From Candidatus Woesearchaeota archaeon (GTDB taxonomy: Archaea > Nanobdellota > Nanobdellia > Woesearchaeales > SKGA01), in assembly GCA_046543005.1 (NCBI GenBank), contig JBKHAG010000001.1, forward strand, positions 1,632-65,631: a DNA stretch of 64,000 bases, in the 5' to 3' direction. The notes below the pieces were generated by a model. The model saw nothing but the letters and a program-made list of their open reading frames with translations. It was not told the DNA's origin and ran no database searches. Below, piece by piece: positions 55,535 through 64,000 of this stretch (positions within the stretch are counted from its first letter, which is position 1; every line of letters begins with the position of its first letter). The translations under genes and the position numbers were made by a program.

Positions 55535-58500
55535 TCATTGCTCTTCCCAACCAGAACCAGTACACTCAAAACCATCAACAGTCGCGTCATTATTTAAACA
55601 AAGAGAACTAGTAAAAACATCGCGACAATCAGAAAAATCTTCAAAACAAGGATAAATAATTCCATCTAAACTTAGCAAACGATTATCTGAAACAATATCA
55701 CCAGAAGCCACAAGATCACCAGCAATACACGTCCAATCTCTACCATTATTTTTATACAAATCTGATTGTGAAAAATAATCATCTTCATCATCACAACAGC
55801 GATCTATGTTATAATCATCATAAGGCTGCAAAGAATTACCAAACCAATTAGGAGTTATATTTTCAAATTCAGCAAGAAAAGACGTATCAGCCCACGTATC
55901 ATCACCAAATGTTTGTAAAAGTGCAGTAGCACACGTACAACCTATTGCTGTTGTTTGAGATTCATAACTATTCCCCTCCTCATCGCAACCAGCGCTATTA
56001 TCATTTGTTGCTCGACAGACAAAATAGTCGTTATTATCAGAAAAAAATAATTCTGCAGAAATGCCTTGACATTTTTCATCAGCATTTAAAGACATCTTGC
56101 ATTGAGTAACATCATGATACGAACACTGACCAGAAGTTTCATCACAAGTTGCATAACATGAAAAGACCTCAGATGTAGTGACAGGATCAATTTGTAAACC
56201 TTGTGAATTCCAACCAATATCAACACCTTGCTCACTTCCACACAACCCTTCATCTAATAAGTCAATATACTCATCATCAACTTCTAAACTTCTATCTTTT
56301 TCAAAAGAGTTTTGCGAAGAATAATTATAACACATTACATTATGTTCATCAATAGATTCTTTTAAAACAAAATTTTCTCCACAAGAACTTCCCTGTATTT
56401 TTTGACTTTGTGAAAATCCAGGTCCTTGACAGCGAGCAAATTGTTGACCATCCAAATCCAAATTTTCATATTGTTCTTCAAAATCATTAAAGTCATTACA
56501 AACTTGTAAAGATTCTCTTGTTATTGTTACATCTCCAGAACAAAAAGCACCTCTTGAGCCGCTACATTCTTGAGAAATTGCAAGTGAAAGAATATCATTA
56601 AATGAGTTATCAGTAGAGGAAATTTCATAATCATCATACGTTTCTAAACTCGAAGAACCATCATTTGATTCTACCAATAAATGAGAAAAATAATCCCAGT
56701 CTTCATAGTCATTTGGTGCACAAGTGATAAAATCATCACCATGAATTGAAAAACACTTTTGATTGTTTGAATAAAATTTTCCACCTTCTAAAAGGGAAGG
56801 GAAACTATTAGGATCACAACAGACGTGAGGGGATTGTAATAAGTCGCTATTATCAGGATCTAAAACTGTTAGTAAAGGATAGGTATCAGTTGCATAATCT
56901 TGCACATCAAAATCATAACCACCATCATACCCGTGCGGCAAACATTGCGCGACGTACACGTCTTGAGTTAATACTTCGCTTGTAAACGTTGGCGATGTTG
57001 CTAAGTCATCATTTTCAAAAGTTGTTTGATTTTGTTGTACATAAAATTCTATCAAATGTTTTTGAGGCGAAGAATCATCAGCAGTACTAAAAAACTGTTT
57101 TGTAAATTTTCCTAAAGACAAGTTAAACGAAGAATAAAGAGAGTGATTAGCCACAAAAAAGACATCATCTGTGGAGTTTATTCTAAAGTCTTCTGTATTA
57201 TCTTTAAAGACATACGTAGAAATGTGCCCGCCTAAAAGTGTTGAAGGCTGCGAGCGCGACGCATTAACAATATACTTATCTTCAATGGAGGCAAAGGAAT
57301 TATTTACATCATCATATTCATTTAACAAATTTAAATGGGCTTCTGGCAAGTCAAAGACTAAAATAGAAACGTTTTGAAAATCAATTTGACCAAACTCATC
57401 ACGTAACATAACTAAAACATCATGCACGCCAATATCTTCAACAGTTGTTGGAATACTTGCTGATTGATTTGTTTGTTGATAAAGCGACGAGTTCATCCAT
57501 GTAGGTACTGTTTCTTGTGCGTTACTTGAACTACCAAATTCCTTTTGGTCAATTGTTCCATTATCATTAAGATTAAACACGTCAACACAATTACTTGTTG
57601 AGTCAAGCTCAATACACTTTTGTAAATTAGCTTCATCTTCTTGACAACATTGCCAATCAACAATAGTTGTATACTCTTGACGCCAACCACCATATTGAAA
57701 TTCGATATCATCAAGATCAGGGTCTATTCCAGAAGGTTCAAGCTTTATTGGTTTTCCTGCAACGAATTGGTAATCAATTGGTTTATCAAATAATACTAAT
57801 TGCGTCCCTTTTTGACGCAAATAATCAAGAACGGGCGCTCGTTGTTGCACGCCAATATTAAAATATAATGATTGATCACCTACTTGTGAAGCAGAATCTT
57901 TTATACGTAATACATTATTTGTTCCAAGAACAATTTTATCATCATCAACATATTTTTCTTGTTCATACTCAACAACAAAAGATTTTTTGTAATGCCTATT
58001 CATCGTAGTTGTCGTGTTCCAATCAGTACGTAAATCAAATTCAGGATTTCTTACAAATTCAGAAAGTAAACTTGTTGTGTAATAATAAAGGTGTTCTAAA
58101 TCATAATCAAATTTTTCAAAAAAATCCGCATAAGCAGTTGTCGTTTTTCCTTGAATAGTTATTACAAAAGGATACCTTACTTGAAAAGAAATTCCTTTAG
58201 GTTTTTGAAACGCGCTAAATACTTCAATTGCTGATTCATTAACCCGCATATTTGCCGCGTTACTTTCAAAGACACTAAAGTTTACACAAGAATTTAAATT
58301 ATTTTTAATATACGTGTCAAGTTGACGTTGCAAGGAATGATTGTTTTGTGCAGAGTCATAATAATAGGGACTGCAAACTGCAAGCGAAGAAACATTAAAC
58401 GCGTTAAGACCATCATAAGAACAAAGAGGAGCCATGTTGTTTGTTCCCATATATCCGCTTCGTTGCACGCGATCATCACTACTTCCTCGACAACCACCAT

Positions 58501-59065
58501 TATCTAAGGATAAACGAAATTTTGTCATGTAATCAATAAAATGAGTTTTTGGTGTGGGATACCACGAGTCTTGTTCTTGAGCATTACTAAGATCTATAAA
58601 ACTGTTAGTTTGAGTAAGTGAAGAATCATAATCATATACGTTAGAACAAGAAACATCTGCAAGCACACCCATACTCACATTTCTTTTTTTAGGAGTATAT
58701 GTTACATAAGAGCCCGATTCTCCTTCTTGAGATTTATATTGATGTGCTTTTTCAACGTATTCATGATACAGTATGGGATGTGTAGATGAATTAGTAAGAC
58801 CTCCTTGATAATCATAAATTACACCTCCTTGTTGTGCAAGAAGAATAATTCCTTCGTTTGCAACACGATTCACACAACTTTGTACATATGTTCTAAGAGC
58901 AGTTTGTTCAATTTGAGATTCAAGATTTTCTTCGGCGATGTTTTGAAAAGAAGATTGTTGCAAAGATTGTTGCACAAAGGAAATAAAAAGAACACTAAAT
59001 AAAAGTAATAATCCTACAACAACAAAAACAGCAACTTGACCTCTCCTCTTCATATCCTCTAGCAA
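55535..59065 (-). CDS. Giant (1176 aa) protein with class III (prepilin-like) signal peptide: putative giant minor pilin/tip adhesin
   Basis: MLEDMKRRG|QVAVFVVVGLLLLFSVLFISFV; rest acidic, Cys-rich. Confidence 0.5.
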   Translation of the reverse strand: MLEDMKRRGQVAVFVVVGLLLLFSVLFISFVQQSLQQSSFQNIAEENLESQIEQTALRTYVQSCVNRVANEGIILLAQQGGVIYDYQGGLTNSSTHPILYHEYVEKAHQYKSQEGESGSYVTYTPKKRNVSMGVLADVSCSNVYDYDSSLTQTNSFIDLSNAQEQDSWYPTPKTHFIDYMTKFRLSLDNGGCRGSSDDRVQRSGYMGTNNMAPLCSYDGLNAFNVSSLAVCSPYYYDSAQNNHSLQRQLDTYIKNNLNSCVNFSVFESNAANMRVNESAIEVFSAFQKPKGISFQVRYPFVITIQGKTTTAYADFFEKFDYDLEHLYYYTTSLLSEFVRNPEFDLRTDWNTTTTMNRHYKKSFVVEYEQEKYVDDDKIVLGTNNVLRIKDSASQVGDQSLYFNIGVQQRAPVLDYLRQKGTQLVLFDKPIDYQFVAGKPIKLEPSGIDPDLDDIEFQYGGWRQEYTTIVDWQCCQEDEANLQKCIELDSTSNCVDVFNLNDNGTIDQKEFGSSSNAQETVPTWMNSSLYQQTNQSASIPTTVEDIGVHDVLVMLRDEFGQIDFQNVSILVFDLPEAHLNLLNEYDDVNNSFASIEDKYIVNASRSQPSTLLGGHISTYVFKDNTEDFRINSTDDVFFVANHSLYSSFNLSLGKFTKQFFSTADDSSPQKHLIEFYVQQNQTTFENDDLATSPTFTSEVLTQDVYVAQCLPHGYDGGYDFDVQDYATDTYPLLTVLDPDNSDLLQSPHVCCDPNSFPSLLEGGKFYSNNQKCFSIHGDDFITCAPNDYEDWDYFSHLLVESNDGSSSLETYDDYEISSTDNSFNDILSLAISQECSGSRGAFCSGDVTITRESLQVCNDFNDFEEQYENLDLDGQQFARCQGPGFSQSQKIQGSSCGENFVLKESIDEHNVMCYNYSSQNSFEKDRSLEVDDEYIDLLDEGLCGSEQGVDIGWNSQGLQIDPVTTSEVFSCYATCDETSGQCSYHDVTQCKMSLNADEKCQGISAELFFSDNNDYFVCRATNDNSAGCDEEGNSYESQTTAIGCTCATALLQTFGDDTWADTSFLAEFENITPNWFGNSLQPYDDYNIDRCCDDEDDYFSQSDLYKNNGRDWTCIAGDLVASGDIVSDNRLLSLDGIIYPCFEDFSDCRDVFTSSLCLNNDATVDGFECTGSGWEEQ

Positions 59066-59394
59066 GGAAGAAGACTTTTTAAAGATTAGGATTACATGAC
59101 CTTATGTAAAATAACATACATTAGTATATTTTCTTGTGGCTTTCTTTTTGAAAAAGACAAGAAGAATTTTTAAATTGGTACGTATAATCGCTGATTCAAA
59201 CAGAGTAAACACGTGCCAAAGGCACTGATTATATTGAGCAATATACGTTTTTATCCAATTTGAAACAGAGCTAATAAAAAGAAAAGAAAAAAGTAAAAAA
59301 ATTAAAGCGTATAAGACGCCATATGCTTAAATAAATAAACAAATAATTAAAAAAATAGTAAGAAAATAAAAAAGCTCAAAATATACAAAAATAT

Positions 59395-60276
59395 TTATTT
59401 AAAAACAATACTTGCAAAACTTACTGTGTTTTTGTAATCACCAGTTACATCGCCTGAAAGATATGCTTGTTCTACTAACACTTGCTGAGGAGAAATTAAA
59501 CTAAATAACATATCAACAGCGCTCTGTGAAGAAATTGGAACAAGAGTTTTTTGCAGCACGCGAGTAAATTCTTCATGATCAAAATTTTTTAGTGAAGAAA
59601 ATAATTGCGAATCAATATCTAAAATGTGTTTAGGCACATCTTCTGTAAACGGCACATATTTGAATTCTCGCCCGTACTGGGTAAAATTATTTACTACAAT
59701 AAAGGTTGCTTGTTTGTTTTGTTCAATTAATGTTTCTTTAATATCTAAAGCTAATTCTTTAAGATTTGTTTGAGGAGTAACAAGCAAAGGAGCTATTTTT
59801 ATATGTTTTTTTTCTTCACCATGAACATATTGAATAAAAGGTATTTGTACCTCAAGAAGCGACTCTTGGGCGTGAAGCTCATCATTAATTGCAATGTGTT
59901 CTTTTGCAACGAGCGCTTTTAAAAATTCTTGATCAGGACGTACTTCACCCATAGGAAGTTGAAACGTTTGCAGTGTTGTTCCTGCACCTGTTGAATTTTG
60001 CGCGCAACCAATAAGAACATAGAGAGGTTCTTTTACGTGTTGTTGAGCAAGTTCATTATATGCCCACGCCATGCACGGTCCTGCAACCTCATAACTTGCG
60101 TGAGCAACGATGAGTGCTTGAAGAGGCGTATTGGTTACATTTTTTACAGGAAGCGCTCCAGGCCCTCTATCCCCTATAAATAAATCTTCTATTTGTTTTT
60201 GTAAAAATTGGGGGTCTGACGAGTAATGGGTTTTTGTTGCGATTGGAAGTCTCATATCAACTACGCAAGAAAACAA
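59395..60276 (-). CDS. MEMO1/AmmeMemoRadiSam-system-protein-B family protein
   Basis: ...LQALIVAHASYEVAGPCMAWAY (cf. HAGY.YSG..AA.AY); ~290 aa, typical size. Confidence 0.55.
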   Translation of the reverse strand: MFSCVVDMRLPIATKTHYSSDPQFLQKQIEDLFIGDRGPGALPVKNVTNTPLQALIVAHASYEVAGPCMAWAYNELAQQHVKEPLYVLIGCAQNSTGAGTTLQTFQLPMGEVRPDQEFLKALVAKEHIAINDELHAQESLLEVQIPFIQYVHGEEKKHIKIAPLLVTPQTNLKELALDIKETLIEQNKQATFIVVNNFTQYGREFKYVPFTEDVPKHILDIDSQLFSSLKNFDHEEFTRVLQKTLVPISSQSAVDMLFSLISPQQVLVEQAYLSGDVTGDYKNTVSFASIVFK

Positions 60277-60319
60277 TCTTAATAAAGATTACGAAAAAAT
60301 ATTAAAAAAAGAAGAAAAA

Positions 60320-63300
60320 CTAAACACGCGTTTGAAGTGCACCGGTGTTAGAACTATCATTGTCTGAAGAAAAAACATCATCATCAATGTCTAAAGGAGG
60401 TACGTTAGAACAAGAGTCGTGATTTAATTGACTTGATGAAAAATTACAACTAACAGTACCATAAGGGTGCGTTGCGTTCCAAAATTCACAACTTTGATTG
60501 TTATATCTATATATGACATCATCCTCTATTTGTTCACAATATTCTCCGAGTTCAAGCACACCATTGTTTGGTGTTGAGTCAAACAAGTTTGAATAATCTT
60601 CATCTTCTTTACTAGTAAAATCAGGAAGTAACACAATATCTTTCCAGTTAAAGTCCGGCCAAAATGTCATGTATTCTCCATACACGTTTTGCGCAGCTAC
60701 AGCACCGTCATCCGGATTAGATACTCTTTCTTTAAACAAAATACTAAATTGTTGAGTGTTTTCATTTCCTGTAATAAATGGTCGGGCGATAAAATCAGAA
60801 GGCACTCCCGCGCCAATAAATGGTTCGAGCGTTTTTTTAATAGATGGAAAATTTCTATACTCTACAACGAGCTGTTTAAGATTATCTGTTGATTGTTGCA
60901 CACCTTCTTGCACTGCAATAATTTGTTTTTGTCCACGCGAACGCATTGCAAACACATCAAAGTCAGCATCGTTAATTGTTATAGGTAGAGTTGTTTGTGC
61001 ATCAAAAACTCCAGTATCGTGAAGTCCAGAAGAACTTGTAAACCACTGGTTTAATAAGTCTTTAAAGTCCTGCCATAAAGCGTTAAAAAATCCAGTCTTC
61101 GTAGCAAAAATACCGTTAAAATCATTATCGCTAGTTAGTTCTTGGGCGATAAGTAATATATTAAAGTCAGGATTATAAGATAATCGTACATCTAAACTAC
61201 TCGTAGTTTCAAAATCATCACATACTTGATAAAAGGTTTGTGGTGTTGTGGTTGATTGCTCTACAGAATTACACCATGTTGTAATATCTTGATCATCATT
61301 ATTACTTGTAAACCCTGTCAAGTCTTGACTTGCAAAAAGCAAATGTTGTTTTATTGAACTTAAAAATTCACTAGCAGTATAATCTGAAGAATGACTAAGC
61401 GCAACAAGAGAACTCACATCATCATTTTCATCATAAAGTGTTAAAGTACAAAATGTTGTGATATTTTCTGAAGTTAAATCTTCTAAATGTGATTGTTCAT
61501 GAAGATATATTTCTTCAGGAATAAAATTTTGCACATCTTCACACACTAAATCAAACGAGTAACGTTCAACCACGCCATCATCTTGTGAAGCAATTGTTAA
61601 ATTATATAATGATGAAAGCATAATAGTTGCTACAGGGTAATCTTCGACAGGAATCCACGCACCATGGTCTGAGCAAATATGTGTTCCTTTCACAACAAGA
61701 GGATCCACAGTAGTTTGTACTAAAGAATTATCTTGATTAAAAGTTTTTCCATCAAAACTTTGTTTAAGGTCGTAATCCTCATTTCCACAAAGCAAATATT
61801 CTCCATCAAAAAATAATAAGTTATCATAATTTTCTTCGTTAAGACGTTCACCTACAACTTCGTCGTCCATGACAGGATTACCATGAAAACATCCGCCCTT
61901 AGCATCAGCCCAGTATTCTCCACCTAATTGATTGCCTGCGGTTTTGAAAGGAATATAAGTATCATCTCCACAACATGCTCGACCAGTCCAGTCAAAGCTT
62001 GCTTGCGCCTCACACGCATACCAATATTCGCCAGTTTTATCAATTAACTCATTTGAAAAATCTTCATCAAACCAACCTTTGTCAGTTTCACCATCAAGAT
62101 TACTAATCCACGAACCAAAGTTTCCTGTACAATAATGCGTCGGAGTATTTGTTGTTAAATCAGAATCATCTTCACTTACAAAGAAGTTATCTACTGCAAT
62201 AGTTGCATGGCCATTTTCAGATGTTTTAAATTTAACAGCTTTTATCAAAGACATGTCAAAATTGGAAGGACAAGATTGAGGTAATTCAAATACTGCATGG
62301 TGCCAACGCATCTGTGATTGTCCATTTAGCAAACTTTTTGAAAGTTTCCCTAAAGAACAATTATTATCATTATTATCTACTAAATACACAGACGTATAAG
62401 AAGCAAAATCTTTTGTATTAAAAGCAATATCAAATTCTAAATAATCAAATGTTTCAATATTTGTTTGTTGTTCATAAATTAATTTATTTTTAGGTGAAAA
62501 AGTAAAATAAAAAATCCCATCATCATCTTTTGATTGAATTGCAACCATATCTTTTAAAACACCATCCTCAAAAGTATCAAAATTTTTCAATGTATGTAAT
62601 GTTCCTCCTTTTCCATAAAACCCTAAATTATTTTGATTCCCGCTCTCAGAGAATAAAGAAACATCTAAATTATTATTACACGTTGTATAATCAGTACAAC
62701 ATTCTGAAATTCGAGCTTGACCAGAATGACTATAACAAATAAATGCTTCAGGAAGAGTTAAATCGCCAAGAGCCAATGCTTGAAAATTTGGTTGCCAACC
62801 ACTATTTGCTAAACAACAGGTTTGGCCAACAATAGACCCGGAACAAATATATGAAGATGTTGTATCTGCTGGGATATAGTCGCCTAAAATAGAGTGACAC
62901 GTTTCTTCATCTAACTCCTCACCCTCTTCAAGAAGTGGTAAAGGCGCGCTTATATATTCAGGATCAGTAATAGAATCTTGTGCAACACAACAAACCTTAT
63001 CTCCTCCAAGAGTTTCACTTGTTTGGGCATAATCACCTGATAAACAATAATGAGAAGAATCTACTAAATGACCAGTATAAGATATTTCATCCCTTTCAAA
63101 ATCAATATCTGAACAAGAACCTTCATATGAACCAGACTCCATTAAACAATTTTCTAAATTATCTCCACAAAAAGATTTCTCTTGAAAATCAGTAGTTTCA
63201 TCGGTTTCTGCATCACTAGAATCTAATGAAGAAGTATCACAAAAAATACTATCACCATTTAATGCAACACACAATTCTCTTGTAATGTTAGCTTTACAAG

Positions 63301-64000
63301 AGCTATCATCTATATTATTAACAAAATCAGAAATAGAATTAAAATGACCTTCATCATCAGCATCTAAAACACTTTTTTTAGCTTTACAATTATATTCTTG
63401 GTCTCCTTCATAACAAACAGTTTTAAAACCTTCATCATTGCTTTCAAATGAAAATGTTGCTTGAGAATCACAATAAAAATTGGCTGAAGAATTTGTTTCA
63501 AAAAAGAAATTAACGTCATCTGCTAAAACATCTTGACAAACACCATCTTCAGCAAATAAAGGAGCTAAAGCATTTAAAGGGTTAGTACAAGGAAAGCCCT
63601 CGTTTGCTGTTGTTGAAAAAGAAAAATTTTCTCCATCTGCAATCGCAATTCCAGTTGGACGATTTGCACCAGTTGCGTTACAATAAAACCATTCTTGACC
63701 ATTTGCAATATAATCAACACCAGCAACAGAATGAATGATAAAAGAATTAGGACCTTCTTGAGCATCCCACCATCTCCAAGCAGGAGTATAGTCAGAATAA
63801 ACCAAATTATTCCATAAAGTATATTGGTATTCATCAGATAACGAAGAATCTACTAAACCATAAAAACTATCATTTGCACACAAATATTGTTGATCACCAG
63901 TAGAAGAAGAGGTTCCAACATACCCAAGATCTCCACCATTTAAACTAATTAAATTAGCATCATCACCACAACACCCATCAGAACCATCTTGAATTTCTTC
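60320..64000 (-). CDS. Giant secreted Cys-rich acidic protein, 5'-partial (open frame continues to window end; ORF-track start is an internal TTG)
   Basis: 39 in-frame sense codons upstream of TTG 63881-63883 with no stop (…GDQQYL|CANDSFYG…); >1200 aa visible; composition like other giants. Confidence 0.5.
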   Translation of the reverse strand, partial: EEIQDGSDGCCGDDANLISLNGGDLGYVGTSSSTGDQQYLCANDSFYGLVDSSLSDEYQYTLWNNLVYSDYTPAWRWWDAQEGPNSFIIHSVAGVDYIANGQEWFYCNATGANRPTGIAIADGENFSFSTTANEGFPCTNPLNALAPLFAEDGVCQDVLADDVNFFFETNSSANFYCDSQATFSFESNDEGFKTVCYEGDQEYNCKAKKSVLDADDEGHFNSISDFVNNIDDSSCKANITRELCVALNGDSIFCDTSSLDSSDAETDETTDFQEKSFCGDNLENCLMESGSYEGSCSDIDFERDEISYTGHLVDSSHYCLSGDYAQTSETLGGDKVCCVAQDSITDPEYISAPLPLLEEGEELDEETCHSILGDYIPADTTSSYICSGSIVGQTCCLANSGWQPNFQALALGDLTLPEAFICYSHSGQARISECCTDYTTCNNNLDVSLFSESGNQNNLGFYGKGGTLHTLKNFDTFEDGVLKDMVAIQSKDDDGIFYFTFSPKNKLIYEQQTNIETFDYLEFDIAFNTKDFASYTSVYLVDNNDNNCSLGKLSKSLLNGQSQMRWHHAVFELPQSCPSNFDMSLIKAVKFKTSENGHATIAVDNFFVSEDDSDLTTNTPTHYCTGNFGSWISNLDGETDKGWFDEDFSNELIDKTGEYWYACEAQASFDWTGRACCGDDTYIPFKTAGNQLGGEYWADAKGGCFHGNPVMDDEVVGERLNEENYDNLLFFDGEYLLCGNEDYDLKQSFDGKTFNQDNSLVQTTVDPLVVKGTHICSDHGAWIPVEDYPVATIMLSSLYNLTIASQDDGVVERYSFDLVCEDVQNFIPEEIYLHEQSHLEDLTSENITTFCTLTLYDENDDVSSLVALSHSSDYTASEFLSSIKQHLLFASQDLTGFTSNNDDQDITTWCNSVEQSTTTPQTFYQVCDDFETTSSLDVRLSYNPDFNILLIAQELTSDNDFNGIFATKTGFFNALWQDFKDLLNQWFTSSSGLHDTGVFDAQTTLPITINDADFDVFAMRSRGQKQIIAVQEGVQQSTDNLKQLVVEYRNFPSIKKTLEPFIGAGVPSDFIARPFITGNENTQQFSILFKERVSNPDDGAVAAQNVYGEYMTFWPDFNWKDIVLLPDFTSKEDEDYSNLFDSTPNNGVLELGEYCEQIEDDVIYRYNNQSCEFWNATHPYGTVSCNFSSSQLNHDSCSNVPPLDIDDDVFSSDNDSSNTGALQTRV

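Noticed and set aside
59066-59394. 329-bp intergenic gap searched for small ORFs, tRNA or hairpins
   Set aside because: Only tiny ORFs and a weak 5-bp hairpin (GTGCC…GGCAC) are present. It most likely contains the promoter of the 55535-59065 gene (CTTTAAAAA at about -30).
1-64000. Bacterial (e.g. CPR) origin of the contig, suggested by bacterial-type AspRS, NlpC/P60, SLT and M15 domains
   Set aside because: Translin, NAC-alpha, Sec61-beta, zinc-ribbon RPA, euk/archaeal TrpRS motif GVDQDPHFR, class III KKG|Q signal peptides, and TATA boxes at about -28 all argue for an archaeon. The bacterial-type features are better explained by HGT or host targeting.
30395-64000. Numerous 60-90-aa ORFs on either strand inside the giant genes (e.g. 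31915-32115, 48356-48589, 50000-50182, 53270-53467, 57493-57714, 62530-62742)
   Set aside because: They are AT-rich chance ORFs nested within much longer, clearly coding frames, and have low-complexity Ile/Leu/Lys composition.

Overview
This is a low-GC (roughly one-third G+C by eye), gene-dense window that reads as a DPANN-like archaeal genome segment. The archaeal/eukaryal-type markers are translin, NAC-alpha, Sec61-beta, zinc-ribbon RPA, eukaryal-type TrpRS, an RNase P RNA with a TATA box at about -28, and many class III (KKG|Q) signal peptides. The AspRS is of bacterial type.

Positions 1-29.8 kb carry housekeeping genes. These are a FlaI/GspE-family secretion ATPase with an extended N-terminal region next to a FlaJ/TadC-like platform protein, three aaRS, Mre11, a translin-like protein, tRNA-modification enzymes, a PfkB kinase, a class I aldolase, a GH13 enzyme, an ABC transporter, RPA, NAC and Sec61-beta. 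This half also carries an RNase P RNA gene, and three full copies plus one degenerate fragment of a ~170-190 bp intergenic element with terminal inverted repeats and a variable ATT microsatellite.

Positions 29.8-64 kb are a single minus-strand, co-directional 34-kb block of about 16 pilin-like genes, many of which overlap. They are interleaved with five giant (1073 to over 1800 aa) Cys/Asp/Ser-rich secreted or membrane-anchored proteins. One giant (1803 aa) carries NlpC/P60-like x2, SLT-like and M15/VanY-like murein-hydrolase domains. Another (1176 aa) itself starts with a class III signal peptide. The block looks like an undescribed pilus-like or adhesive surface apparatus with a cell-wall-degrading component, plausibly used for host attachment or attack. 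All domain calls come from by-eye motif matching with no database searches and should be verified with HMM/CM tools.
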